The notes below the pieces were generated by a model, which made no database searches, had not been told where the DNA came from, and saw only the letters and a program-made list of their open reading frames with translations. Below, piece by piece: positions 1 through 11,894 of a stretch of 32,304 bases of DNA. Numbering within the stretch: position 1 is the stretch's first letter; each line of letters opens with the position of its first letter. The stretch lies in contig NC_068987.1 of NCBI RefSeq assembly GCF_001194135.2, positions 39,156,834-39,189,137 on the forward strand, given 5' to 3'. This DNA comes from Octopus bimaculoides. Lineage: Eukaryota. A program made the translations under genes and the position numbers.

Positions 1-164
1 ATATAACATACAGAAAATTGCACTACTGGGTACTGCACACATCCTACGCAAAACACTTTCAATACAGTAAACATAAGAGCACCACAGCAAACCACAGCAC
101 ATACCCAAGGCGCACAGAGCTGCGCTCGGTAGTGAAGTGAAAGCACGTTATAAAAATAAAACTA

Positions 165-167
<3 letters not shown>
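1..167 (+). mobile_element. 3' end of R4/Dong-like RLE non-LTR retrotransposon (family B)
   Basis: 2-70 translates YNIQKIALLGTAHILRKTLSIQ*, a typical R4/Dong C-terminus. The 3' UTR is near-identical to 9486-9582, contains the stem-loop GCGCA-cagagc-TGCGC (110-125) and runs into (TAA)n. Confidence 0.85.

Positions 168-220
<53 letters not shown>
168..220 (+). repeat. (TAA)n microsatellite
   Basis: Pure AAT/TAA repeat read directly. Confidence 0.99.
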
Positions 221-222
<2 letters not shown>

Positions 223-393
223 TTTAAAAATACCTTAGGAATGAGAACCCAGGTCCGACATTTCCCCAAGACACCTGATGAAGGCTGGAGGCTATATCAG
301 CCAAAACCTTGTGTTAACAACAAACAAGATGAGGACAAATATCCGTCAAATGTAAATAATGTACATAATTCCTCATCTCGTAAATGTAGAACT
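221..393 (+). mobile_element. Penelope-like element terminal repeat (pLTR) 3' segment
   Basis: Close match to 14022-14186, the 3' end of the RT/GIY-YIG element; both end at AGAACT. Confidence 0.85.
270..315 (+). ncRNA. Degenerate minimal hammerhead ribozyme motif
   Basis: GACAC-CTGATGA-A-GGCTG-gaggctatat-CAGCC-aAAAC-cTT-GTGTT. Stems I and II are intact, but GAAA is changed to AAAA and GTT to CTT. Confidence 0.65.
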
Positions 394-2030
394 GTATGTG
401 TTATTGGAACAGTTATATGTATAACTTTATAGACGTCATACAAAAGTTTCTTGTTGGCATACAATTTCATTAACTAAATGAGCCAGCAATAAGGAAAAAA
501 GTAAAGAATAGTGTGAAGAAGATAAGATGAGGTAATCTAAGGGTTCTTCACAATGCAAATAATAGGCAAGTACAATGAGGTTTCATAAAAGTGCTCATAT
601 ATCAGGAGCCATAGTGAAATAAATAATAACAATTGGACCACATGGCATAATATACTTTAAGAAAATAGATTTTCAATGTCATATTGATTGCACTATGGAC
701 AGGCAATATAGAAATATAGAACATATCCCTGTGAATATGGTGACTTTAAAGTGGCATGCAAAGTACAAGGAAAGTGATGAAAGTGTTGTGTTGAGCATTT
801 ATATCTAGGTCAACAAGAATATACCTAGCTGGTATTGACCTCATACAGAAAAACAGCAGAGCAGTGATTTGTGAATTGCAATAGAAATAGAAAATGTATT
901 GCTGAAAATTTATAACACAGAAGCCCAATATGATGTACCATGTAAGACTCCTCTGTTATCCTTCGGTTCTTTTAGAAGTGTTCACTTTCAAACATTCCGA
1001 TCAAATCACTGGTTCTCTCCTTGTCCATGTTTTTCCTGCTAACATTGACCTGCAAAGGTCATAAGCACAATACCTGCTACCCACTCTTATGATTTTGACT
1101 TATATTTTTTTTTAAATGGTACATGAAAGATCTAGGTTGAAAGCAAAATGAAAGTCACCTTGTAAATTGAGACAGAGATGGGAATGGTAAAGATGGATTG
1201 AAGCAACTTTGATTTGATAATTTGTTGCAATGGACAGTAGACAGATATAGAGAGTAATTGCAGAAAGACCGAGAGAATGATGTGCTTTGTTATAAGTCTA
1301 GATACTTAAATATTGCTTGATGACAACAATATTGCTTGATGCCACTGGAAGGAATATTACTGTGTGGAAGTGAACAAACCATACTAAAAGTGTATTGCTT
1401 CAAAACTTATTACTATATGATTGTAGTCAGGTTACATAACAATAAACTGACCCAGTACAATGGTGCATAGGTACAATAAACTAAGAAAAAAAAATCACTG
1501 CTCAATGATGAAAGGTCAGTACAAATGATGTTGGCTGTGATAGCTAAACAAACTCAAGAATTGTAAAATTAACATTTGCTTAATTCTTCTAAAATAAATT
1601 TCTATTTCATTGAGACAGTTGACAGTGGAACTTTATCTTCCAACTGTATTAATTGTAGTTAGAGGATAAAAGGAGGCTTGGAATAAATTATTAGACTAAA
1701 TTGTTGTAGAAGCAAAATTGAAAATACAATTATCCTTGGAACTCTTACACTACTACTGCCACCAGCAATAATAATGAGAGGGGTAGAAGCTGATACTCAT
1801 TAGAGAAGGGATGTAATGGAATATATAAATCTCCAAAACTTGATTGGTTATTATTTTATTGAATTCAGAAAGATGATTGGTAAGAAACTTTGACAGGATT
1901 GTGTATTGAGAACACAAAGTCCTCTATGTGGTCACTGTAACTACTAAAAATAGCACTTAAATTAATCCTTACTGTCTTTGAAAGTATGAATACATTGGAT
2001 AATATGGTCCTTCATGCACAGTTCCTGAAA

Positions 2031-2402
2031 CAGATGAGATAGTCATGGCTGGAATCTCTTTGATTATAGGTTTGCTCCATCAGGGTTGATGTAGCGGGTG
2101 ATATAGAGTTAAGCAACAGCTACAACAAGAGCATGAGCTAACAAGGGTACCTCAATGTTGTTGGTCAGTTTACTAAAGTTTCTCAAACAATATCCTACCC
2201 TCTTAGAAAATGACACATTGAACTGTAGATTCCTAGATACACATAATAAATTCCTAGATACAGTAGATTCCTAGATACAACCGTCCAACCCATGCCAGCT
2301 GTGAAAGCAGACATTAAACAACGATGATCTGATGATGACATATGGATAGGATAGTCATTGTGGAATGCTTAATCAGGGCTGATCTGGGTTTAAATAACAA
2401 CA
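2031..2402 (+). repeat. Two copies of an unclassified dispersed repeat (ATAGTCATGGCTGGAATG family)
   Basis: The motif atagtcat(g/t)g(c)tggaat...atcaggg(c/t)tga occurs at ~2040 and ~2351, and again at ~11082 and ~11311. Confidence 0.5.
2229..2338 (+). mobile_element. RTE-type LINE/SINE 3' tail with (GAT)n end, preceded by 3x ATTCCTAGATACA
   Basis: ccgtccaacccatgccagc...acattaaacaacgatgat resembles the end of 20648-20997. The 13-mer occurs at 2229, 2250 and 2267. Confidence 0.5.
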
Positions 2403-2625
2403 GTTGTTACTGTTGTATCTACTTTCCGCTGTTCCACCAAGCTTACATGACCACCACATCTTTTCTATTTTCAAAATTATATCATCTAATGTGCCATTCC
2501 ATTTTTAAGATTGTAGAGTGTGATTTGAGAAGAATGAAAGGAAAAAGGACCTAATCAAATATGATGAGATAATAAAGCATTCTACTTGATTCTCTGATCC
2601 ATTAGTCTGTTATGGCTAATATTTA

Positions 2626-2651
2626 CTAGCAGGACCCATGGTAATTCCATG
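2626..2651 (-). mobile_element. Possible Helitron 3' terminus
   Basis: The minus strand reads CATGG-aatta-CCATG (hairpin), then ggtcctg-CTAG|T. No 5' end was identified. Confidence 0.35.
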
Positions 2652-3065
2652 TTTTATAAATGTTCTTATTTATATTTTGGATCATGAATTTATGCATCTT
2701 CATAACACTGTCTCATTATGTGAAAGATTTCCTTCGTCTTTGCTGTCATTCCATAATTAAATTTATTTAAGGAATATCACTCCAACATACTTCATTACGT
2801 TAAAAATTTCCTTTATTATGTCTTCACTCTTACATTTAGAAAAAAAAGCTACAAATCAGTGAAGAATGAATAAGTCAATTGAAACCAGTTAAAGTATATT
2901 ACTGTTACTTATCAACTTTGAGAGAAAGAAAAGGCAGCTCTGTCAAAATTTGAACTTTGAATATTGGTAAACATACCAAACAGCAGCTGTCTTAAGCCAC
3001 ACAGCCAATATTTTATTTGGCTAATAATGATTTCTAGCCTTCATATTTTGAGGATTTGATATAAT

Positions 3066-3225
3066 CACATTGACCTAAATGCCTGATTCATTCTTATTTT
3101 ACCATTCCCTGAAGGATGAAAGAAAATTCAACTATGGTGGGATTTGAACTTGCAGTGTGAAGTGCCTAGAATTAGATACTGTAAGACATTTTGTCCAATG
3201 CTGTAGTGATTTTTCCAATTCAATG
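3066..3225 (-). mobile_element. Degraded tRNA-derived SINE (family A)
   Basis: gaaggatgaaag...gatttgaact...cattttgtccaatgct aligns with the family A copies at 11670-12292 and 23903-24096. Confidence 0.6.
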
Positions 3226-3435
3226 CCCTTGATTTAGCTAATCTCCTTATTTCAAGAGAACAAGATTTGCTTTCATCTCTTTCTAGGTTCAGTTCATGCC
3301 ATGATTGGTTTTCTCTTTCATCTTTCCAGTATTGATAAATAAAAAGCAATCAGTTACTGGGTTCAATATAATTGACTGATCATTGCCTCTGCAAAAATAT
3401 GTGGCTATATGCCTATATAAGGTATCAATATAATA

Positions 3436-3636
3436 AGCGGGTAGAGCCATTAGTACATCAGGCAAAATGCATAGTGGCATTTTATCTGTCTTTATGTTCT
3501 GAGTTCACATTCCACCAAGTTTCACTTTGCCTTTCATCCTTTCAAGGTTGATAAGCTTACCAATTGAGCACTGGGGTCAATGTAATCAACTCACCTCCTT
3601 CTCTAGAATTGTTGGCCTTGTGTCAAAATTTGAAAC
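3436..3636 (+). mobile_element. tRNA-derived SINE (family A)
   Basis: B-box-like GTTCTGAGTTCACATTCC followed by CTTTGCCTTTCATCCTTTC...GTTGATAA...CACTGGGGTCAATGTAATC. Confidence 0.75.
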
Positions 3637-3923
3637 TGATATCAATAGTTCAGTCACTAAATGCCATAAAGCAAGATGTAAGCCCCTAACACTTTGATCT
3701 AGTTTCAATTGTTGGTTGAAACATGTTTGCTTTATTTGTGCCACTAGACGTTCTTTTGTATAAATTACCAAGGAATGCTAAAAATGGACTATGAATGAAA
3801 GATGTCTATTGCCTTAATCAGAGAGAAATCATGGAGTAAGTTAAGTAAGAGTTCAACGAATAATTGAAACCATGCAATGGTTTCCTAGGAATATACAACT
3901 ATTGCTTTTAATAAGAAAGAAAC

Positions 3924-4012
<89 letters not shown>
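3924..4012 (+). repeat. (TAA)n microsatellite
   Basis: Pure repeat read directly. Confidence 0.99.
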
Positions 4013-4013
<1 letters not shown>

Positions 4014-4713
4014 TAGCAGAGATACCCGGCCTTGCTCAGGATTAAAATGGCATAGATTTTTATTGCTTTACTTGTTTCAGCACTGCTGTTGGTCGAAGAA
4101 ATCAACCACAGGATTTATTCTTTGTAAGCATAGTACTCATTGTATCAGTGTCTTTTACCAAACCGCTAAGTTACGGGAATGTAAACACAGCAACATCAGT
4201 TGTCAAGCAATGGTTGGGGTACAAACACAAGACACAGGCACACATATATACAAATATACACATATATATGACAGTCTTCTTTCAGTTTCCGAGTAAGAAA
4301 TCCACTCAAGATTTTGGTCAGCGTGAGGCTATAGTAAGCATATATATATATATATATATATATATATTGCAATGAGTAACGAAAATAGTCTAATAACGGA
4401 GCATATAATATATATATATANNNNNNNNNNTCTCTTCATCTGTTTACAGCGTAGGTAGAAGGGGACTGAACTCATGTTTGCAAATAATGGCGATTTGAAA
4501 ATTGTTAGAGTTGATGGTTTAAAATTATTTTTAATGCAAAAAATTCACGTGTTAGGAAGCACCCCCCCCCAAAAAAAAATAGCAGATTCCTGGCATTTTC
4601 GACCATGAGGAATCCATTGGTGTGACTCCCAGATTGCTATCTTGTAAGGTGTGGATTTCTATAGATGCAACACACACACACACTCACAAACCGAGCTATG
4701 CTATTGTTATAGA
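4013..4713 (-). mobile_element. Non-autonomous Helitron-like element
   Basis: On the minus strand it starts A|TC (4713) and ends with an imperfect GC hairpin (cctgagcaaggccggg) + CTAG|T (4013). There is no TSD, and an (AC)n tract lies near the 5' end. Removing it restores a continuous TAA repeat. Confidence 0.7.
4114..4339 (-). mobile_element. SINE (family B) 3' portion nested in the Helitron-like element
   Basis: aaccgctaagttacggg...gttgtcaagc...cttctttcagtttcc...aaatccactca...gaggctatagta; recognised from memory as an octopus SINE body and related to 18100-18267. Confidence 0.65.
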
Positions 4714-4714
4714 T

Positions 4715-7700
4715 AAACACTGGTAATTGCTACCTCATATGAGTGACAATGAAAAAACAAAATATTGGTGCTCAAATTAGGGGTTACTGACAACATATGT
4801 ATGATCTTTGGAGAGAAAAGGGATTGTTTCAACTCATGGAACAGAGACTATGTGATCAAACTAGAGCAATAAGAAAAAATTGTTGGTTCACAGAAGTAGA
4901 GCTCGAAGCTATCAAAAGACAGGTCATGGACTATAGTAGCATAGATAAGAATGAAAATACAGTTCTTACTACTAAGAGTAATCTCATAGTACAGGAAAGG
5001 AGCAGTGGTAGCTTACTTGATGAGAGACATATAGATGATCTAAAAGAAGACGATAAAACTAATAGTGACATGACAGATGAACAAAAGGCAATCTATGACA
5101 GAATAAAGGTAAGATTACAGGAGAACGATAGCGACATTATTTGCAACCTCAAAAAGGTTGATCAATGGAAATTGAACCAAGAAACGCAAAATGTCAATGA
5201 AATTCTGAAATACATCAGAACAAATAACATCACAGAAACAAATAATTTGATCAAGGTAGCAAGAAAATGTGGGTGTTGATGTCAAGAAAAAGAAACATAA
5301 TGGGAGTGACAAAAGAAAAGATCCATGGTGGAAAAGAAGAATCCAGGCAAGGTTAGACATGCTCTTGAAGGAAATCTCTGTGTTAGACCGAAAAGAAAAA
5401 GAGGAGCTTAAAAGCGAACAAAAATACAGGGCGCTGAAAAGGAAGTATAATATTGAAAGAAAGGGCCTGAAAGTAGTAGTACAGGAACTGAAACAGTGCC
5501 TCGTTGCAAAGAAAGCAAAGATGGTAAGATTCGACCAAAGAATGAAGGGTTACCACCAGAATAGGTTATTCAGAGTAGATCAGAAGAGATTCTATAAAGA
5601 AATAGATGGAAGATGTACAGATGAAAAGTTGATACCAGATAACATTGAAAGTCAAAGGTCTTGGAGTGACATCTGGAGCAAAGACAAGGAGCACAAGAAG
5701 GATGCTGAATGGTTGCAAGAACTGATGAAACAAACAGTGGTCTGTCTAAAACAAGCAGAACTAGTCATTTCACTTAGGGAAATGAGCAACTGGAAGGCCC
5801 CAGGACCAGATGGAGTTCAAGGCTACTGGATCAAAAGATTTAGTGAATGTCATGCACAAATAGCTGTGTAACTCAACACCTTGTTAAATGCCGACCAAGC
5901 AACACCAGAGTAGTTGACATTGGGTAGAACTGAAAAACATCAAAAAAAGGCAATACAGTAGACAATTACAGGCCGATATCCTGTTTTCTACTTATGTGGA
6001 AATTATTGACTGGAATCCCCACAGTCATGTATGAACATTTTTAAAAAAATGGAGTCCTGCCACATGAGCAGAAGGGTTGCAAGCATAAGTGCAGAGGTAC
6101 CAAGGATCAACTCCTGATAGATAAAACTGTACTCAGAGACTGCAAGAGGAGGAAAAGTAACTTAGCCATGTCATGGACTGACTATCATAAGGCGTGCAAT
6201 ATGATCCCACATTCTTGGATTAGGGAATGTATGAACCTGTTTGGGATTGCATTGAATGTTGAGCGATTGCTTGGAAACAGCATATGGAAGAAGTTTAGGG
6301 ACAGTAGAAATTAGGAGGGGCATTTTCCAAGGGGACTACCTGTCCCCACTGATCTTTGTACTGTGCTTGATACCACTGACACTGATTCTGAGGAAAGCAA
6401 AACCTGGGTATGTATTCAAAAGCTGCCAACAAAAAGTCAACCATTTGCCATTCCTGGATAACCTCAAACTTTATGGTAAAGATGAAGCCCAAGTCAGTTT
6501 CCTCATTAATGCAGTGTATACCTTCAGTGCTGATATCAGAATGGAGTTCGGACTGAGAAAGTGTGGTGTGTTAGTATTGAAGAAAGGCAAAATCAAATGT
6601 ATGGACGAGCTAATGATACCTTTGGGGGAGGTTATGAAGCAGATAGAAGAGACGGGCTATAAGTACTTGGGGATTTTGGAAATGAATAAATTAATGGAGA
6701 ATGACAGAAAAATTTAAGGTGAAGTACTCACGCAAACTGAGACTGTTCCTTACGTTAAAATTAAATGGAAGGAATAAGACCGAAGCTATCAACACCTGGG
6801 TGGTTTCACTCTTTAGATATGGAGCAGGGGTAATCGCATGGACAGTAGACAAACTAAACAGCTTAGACAGAAAGACAAGGAAGCTGCTAACTAGATATGG
6901 GTCACTCCACCCAAAAGATGACACAGACAGACTGTATGTGCCAAGAAAAAGAGGGGGAAGAGGACTTATTGGATGCGAACACAGCATTAGAGCAGAAGAA
7001 AACAACATAGCATGGTATGTAAAAAATGCCATGGAACTGCTATTATTAGAAGTCGGAAGGTCAGGCTTATGTAGGATGAAAAATTGCAAAGATTGCACTA
7101 TACAAGAAATTGAAAACAAATGAAACTGAAAATAGGTGGGTAAAGAAAAGAATGCATAGTCAATTTCATAGGGATGTTGAAGATAAGACAGACAGAGAAA
7201 AAAGATGGCTGTGGATGACTAAAAGTGATTTAAAACCGGAAATGGAGGCCCTAATCTGTGCTGCCCAAGAGCAAGCACTAAGAACAAACTACATAAAATA
7301 CAGAATAGACAACACATCAGAAAGTGATGAATGCAGAATCTGTGGACAAAACGGTGAAACCATATGGCATATTACCAGGCAATGTACACCACTAGCCCAG
7401 GAGGAATATAAGAGACGCTACGACAATATAGCTAGGCTTGTCTATTGGACACTTTGCAACAAGTAAGGACTTGACAGAGCCAAAAATTGGTACAACCACA
7501 AACTTGAAGGCATTGTTGGAAATAGAAATGCAAAGATCCTATGGGATTTTATGATTCAGTGTGATGATGAGATTGAGAATAGGAAGCCGGACATAGTCTT
7601 AATTGAGAAAGAAAACAAACTATGCTGGATCAAAGATATAGCATGCCCAGCTGACAACAAGGTATGCGATAAGGAAGAAAGAAAAGTCGAGAGATATGAC

Positions 7701-7954
7701 AGGTTAGCTTGGAAAGTTAAGCAGTTGTAGCAGTAGTACCAATAATTGTCAGAGCCCTGGGAACAGTGAGCAAAAATCTCGAGAAATACGTGGAACAAAT
7801 AGGGGCTGCAATAAGAGTGAAGCACTTGCAGGAAACAGCACTGCTTGGAACCGCTCGAATACTCCGGAAGGTGCTCGAAAAATAAGAGGTGTTACCTTAG
7901 TTCACTGGTAGGGAACAGCTGACTACATCTCCAGTGTTAGAAGCTGTGCAAAGG
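4715..7954 (+). pseudogene. Near full-length decayed R4/Dong-like RLE LINE (family A)
   Basis: Motifs appear in order across frames: EQRLCDQTRAIRK; DPWWKRRI; NWKAPGPDGVQGYW; [11 protein letters not shown]; IFQGDYLSPL; LDNLKLY; YKYLG; CCHC knuckle CRICGQNGETIWHITRQC; RLE RKPDIVLIEK; LLGTARILRKVLEK* (stop 7883-7885). There are many stops and frameshifts. Confidence 0.92.
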
Positions 7955-8007
7955 CAACAACAACAACAACAACAACAATAACAATAATAACAACAACAAT
8001 AATAATG

Positions 8008-8056
<49 letters not shown>
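7955..8056 (+). repeat. Compound (CAA)n/(TAA)n microsatellite between two R4-like elements
   Basis: Read directly. Confidence 0.98.
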
Positions 8057-8059
<3 letters not shown>

Positions 8060-9579
8060 CCCTGATGCAGTACCAGACAGTGGTTCTCATGGCTTCTTAT
8101 CTTAACTGATTGGACCACAGATTATATCTCCCAAAAATCAAAATAGACAATAAAACACACACAAATGAAAGAGAAAATAAAGAAAGAATACTATAGACGG
8201 GTTAGATCAATACTAAAAACAGATCTCAATGCTAAAAACAAGATAATAGGTATTAACACTTTAGCCATCCCAGTTATAAGTTACAGCTACAATATCCTTA
8301 ACAGGACACTAAACGAACTATATAAAATAGACAGGAAAACAAGAAAAATAATGACAGGATCTAGGATGCACCACCCAAAATCTGACATAAAAAGGCTATA
8401 TATACAACGTACAGAAGGTGGTAGGGGTCTTATACAGCTGGAAAACTATTATAAAATAACCACCATAGGACTGCAAAAATACTTCCTTCAGAAGCAAAGA
8501 AAACTAATACANNNNNNNNNNNNNNNNNNNNNNNNNNNNNNNNNNNNNNNNNNNNNNNNNNNNNNNNNNNNNNNNNNNNNNNNNNNNNNNNNNNNNNNNN
8601 NNNNNNNNNNNNNNNNNNNNNNNNNNNNNNNNNNNNNNNNNNNNNNNNNNNNNNNNNNNNNNNNNNNNNNNNNNNNNNNNNNNNNNNNNNNNNNNNNNNN
8701 NNNNNNNNNNNNNNNNNNNNNNNNNNNNNNNNNNNNNNNNNNNNNNNNNNNNNNNNNNNNNNNNNNNNNNNNNNNNNNNNNNNNNNNNNNNNNNNNNNNN
8801 NNNNNNNNNNNNNNNNNNNNNNNNNNNNNNNNNNNNNNNNNNNNNNNNNNNNNNNNNNNNNNNNNNNNNNNNNNNNNNNNNNNNNNNNNNNNNNNNNNNN
8901 NNNNNNNNNNNNNNNNNNNNNNNNNNNNNNNNNNNNNNNNNNNNNNNNNNNNNNNNNNNNNNNNNNNNNNNNNNNNNNNNNNNNNNNNNNNNNNNNNNNN
9001 NNNNNNNNNNNNNNNNNNNNNNNNNNNNNNNNNNNNNNNNNNNNNNNNNNNNNNNNNNNNNNNNNNNNNNNNNNNNNNNNNNNNNNNNNNNNNNNNNNNN
9101 NNNNNNNNNNNNNNNNNNNNNNNNNNNNNNNNNNNNNNNNNNNNNNNNNNNNNNNNNNNNNNNNNNNNNNNNNNNNNNNNNNNNNNNNNNNNNNNNNNNN
9201 NNNNNNNNNNNNNNNNNNNNNNNNNNNNNNNNNNNNNNNNNNNNNNNNNNNNNNNNNNNNNNNNNNNNNNNNNNNNNNNNNNNNNNNNNNNNNNNNNNNN
9301 NNNNNNNNNNNNNNNNNNNNNNNNNNNNNNNNNNNNNNNNNNNNNNNGGTGCCTTAGGTATAATAAAAAAATATTCAGACAAATACATAACAAAAACACC
9401 AGGACTTACAAATATATATAACATACAGAAAATTGCATTAATGGGCACTGCACACATCCTACGCAAAACACTTTCAATACAGTAACCATAAGAGCATCAC
9501 AGCAAACCACAGCACATACCCAAGGCACACAGAGCTGCGCTCAGTAGTGAAGTGAAAGCACGTTATAAAAATAAAACTA

Positions 9580-9582
<3 letters not shown>
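8057..9582 (+). mobile_element. R4/Dong-like RLE LINE (family B), post-RT portion, interrupted by assembly gap 8512-9347
   Basis: HTQMKEKIKKEYYRRVRSIL...HHPKSDIKRLYI.RTEGGRGL before the gap. 9348-9485 reads GALGIIKK...IQKIALMGTAHILRKTLSIQ*. The 3' UTR matches 71-167. Confidence 0.88.
8512..9347. other. Assembly gap (others: 4421-4430, 13635-13852, 18933-19032, 28431-28687, 29438-29541)
   Basis: Runs of N. Confidence 1.

Positions 9583-9648
<66 letters not shown>
9583..9648 (+). repeat. (TAA)n microsatellite
   Basis: Read directly. Confidence 0.99.
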
Positions 9649-9649
<1 letters not shown>

Positions 9650-9661
9650 TTTTGTATGTAG

Positions 9662-9717
9662 GTCTATATAAAAAGGAAAGAACCCATTACTATTGCAGCC
9701 TCTGCTTCAACAGATTG
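9662..9717 (+). CDS. Candidate small host exon (unassigned)
   Basis: Acceptor tttgtatgtag and donor TTG|GTGAGA; two frames are open (GLYKKERTHYYCSLCFNRL or VYIKRKEPITIAASASTD). No homology recognised. Confidence 0.2.
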
Positions 9718-9882
9718 GTGAGATTGATGTAGTTTATGCTCAAATTTGTAGGTCATTACTTGTAGGTCATTACTTGTAGAAGAAGATTGCATGTAGAGGT
9801 GGGTTGGGTTACTCCAGAGGATTTGGTAGACATGATATCGAAAATAAAAGTATATTGTATTCTTTCTATAGAGAAAATTTAA

Positions 9883-9913
<31 letters not shown>

Positions 9914-10175
9914 AAAAAAAGAAAGTAAAACAATCTCATTCTTTCGCAAACAGATTTGATAATAATTCCTATCTTTGACAAAATTCCACTCAATAATATA
10001 CTGTAAATGACCAAATCAGATGGTTTGTTCCTATTCCTATTACACATACATCCATCCAGATTTTAAAATAATAAACTTTTGTGAAATTGTGGTACATGTA
10101 TTTGCATGTTTAGTAGTCAGACATATTGATTTAATGAAGCTGACATAAATACATACACACATTTCTCCCACCTGC

Positions 10176-10187
10176 TCTCTCTCTCTC

Positions 10188-10233
<46 letters not shown>

Positions 10234-10258
10234 TCTCTCTCTAAACACACACACACAT
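10176..10258 (+). repeat. (CT)n/(AC)n microsatellite
   Basis: Read directly. Confidence 0.97.
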
Positions 10259-10799
10259 ATAATTATTTTCTATGTGTATTATAATAAATATAAGAAATGT
10301 TCTCTATATAATTCTCAGTGTACAATTTTTGAAATTATATAAATACTATGCCAATACAAACCTACTTCTCTTGAAAATTCAACAAGATAAGATTTGTCAT
10401 CAAAAGAGATAGCAAAGGCCTTTGTTTTGTTTTTTCTTTGGAAATATTAGTAATTATTGAAACAACCCATAATGTGGCTAGCATTATAATGAGCAATTGC
10501 AACTGAAATTTACTAAAACAACCAAAAAGCTTGGTTTTATCAATGGAAATGGCAACATGCTGATGACAAAACAGCTTTAAGACAGATAGCAGTTAAAATA
10601 CCATGTACATCTCTAGCTTTAAAGGTAGGAAGTTAGTAAAGGACCAGTTGGTCAACTTTGGATATGTGTGCCTTTAATTACCTTTGCTCTACATGAAAAA
10701 CCTGAATTGAAGATAGCACAATGTGGCACGCACTAAATATATCCATCATCATTGCTGCCAATAGAAGATATTTCTTGAACAATAACTGAATAATGATTA

Positions 10800-10992
10800 C
10801 TAACTTTGACACTAAGCCAAACATTTTATAGGGAGGATTGGTTCAGTTTACACAACCTCTGATAATTTACTGATCTTGAAAGGGCGAAATTCCAAGTTGA
10901 CCATAGTGGGAGTTGAACTCAGAACATAAAGTAACATTACTAAATTCAGGAGTGATATTTTGTCCACAGTTCTAACAATCCTTTCAATCCAG
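10800..10992 (-). mobile_element. Degraded SINE (family A)
   Basis: aagttgaccatagtgggagttgaactcagaacataaa...attttgtccacagttctaacaat aligns with family A. Confidence 0.65.
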
Positions 10993-11041
10993 CAAGAAAT
11001 AAAAATTAAATTCCCTCAAATCCCATTCCCACCATCTCCAA

Positions 11042-11362
11042 AAAGGACACATTGGGTTCTCTACACAGTAAAAAAGGTTGAATAGTCATGGCTGAAATGC
11101 TTTTTATCATAGATCTGCTTGATCAGAGTTGACCTGGGTTGAAACAACAACAATAGCAATTCAACAAACCAATGTGAAGGAGCTACTACAAGTCTGTCAA
11201 CCACCTAGAAATAGCAACTAGTTCTCATCTCTGAATAACACTTAAAGGCTTCATAAAAAGGAAGGACACATTAGTTAATGTAAACCTAGATCACTACAAA
11301 AAGATGGAATAGTCATAGCTGGAATGTATCTAATTATGTTTACTTCATCGTGGTTGACCAGA
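11042..11362 (+). repeat. Two copies of the ATAGTCATGGCTGGAATG dispersed repeat
   Basis: aaaggacacatt...gaatagtcatggctgaaatg and aaggacacatt...gaatagtcatagctggaatg; related to 2031-2402. Confidence 0.55.
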
Positions 11363-11669
11363 TACAATGGTTGGCCAAATAAGAATGATGACAATAGCAG
11401 TAGCAGTTTATATGTTGAGAATCTTGACTGAGATTTATTACATTTATAAAGAAGCAAATCAATTAAAAAGCACTCACAAGATGGTTGGATGTTGGCTATC
11501 ATTGCTATGGTGATAAGAGATTAGAATGGCCACTGATAGAACCAACCAATCAGGACTAGATTTAATTGCCATTGTGGCAGCTGCCATGCAGTATGAATAA
11601 TAAGGAGCCACAGACAATTATTCAAAATAATAATAGCAAAATAACACTTTCAATATCAGAATAACAATA

Positions 11670-11880
11670 ATTCTTTTTAATTTTGGGACAAGGTCAGCAA
11701 TTTTTTGGGGTTGTGTGTGCAAATCAATTACATAGACCCCTAGTACTGTTATTTTATTGAACCCAAAAATATGAAAGACAAAGCTGATCTCAGGGGATTT
11801 GAACTCAGAATATAATAAGCCAGAAGAAATGCCACTAAACATTTTGTCCAATGCCTAACAATTCTGCCAGCTTGAAGCCT
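11670..11880 (-). mobile_element. SINE (family A)
   Basis: gatttgaactcagaa...gaagaaatgcc.ctaaacattttgtccaatgc...attctgccagct. Confidence 0.75.
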
Positions 11881-11894
11881 CAAAAATAAGTGTT

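Noticed and set aside
241-432. Duplicated 62-63 aa ORF MRTQV... (also 14034-14222) as a small protein family
   Set aside because: It is the non-coding pLTR/hammerhead segment; similarity is explained by DNA repeat identity and the C-termini diverge at the element boundary.
8165-9466. Long ORFs of 300-418 aa, and similar X-rich ORFs near 13600, 18900, 28420 and 29360
   Set aside because: They are artefacts of translating through N gaps; only the flanking TE peptides are real.
9749-9778. 14-bp tandem duplication TGTAGGTCATTACT (and AATATTGCTTGATG x2 at ~1309-1341)
   Set aside because: Ordinary short slippage duplications with no further structure.
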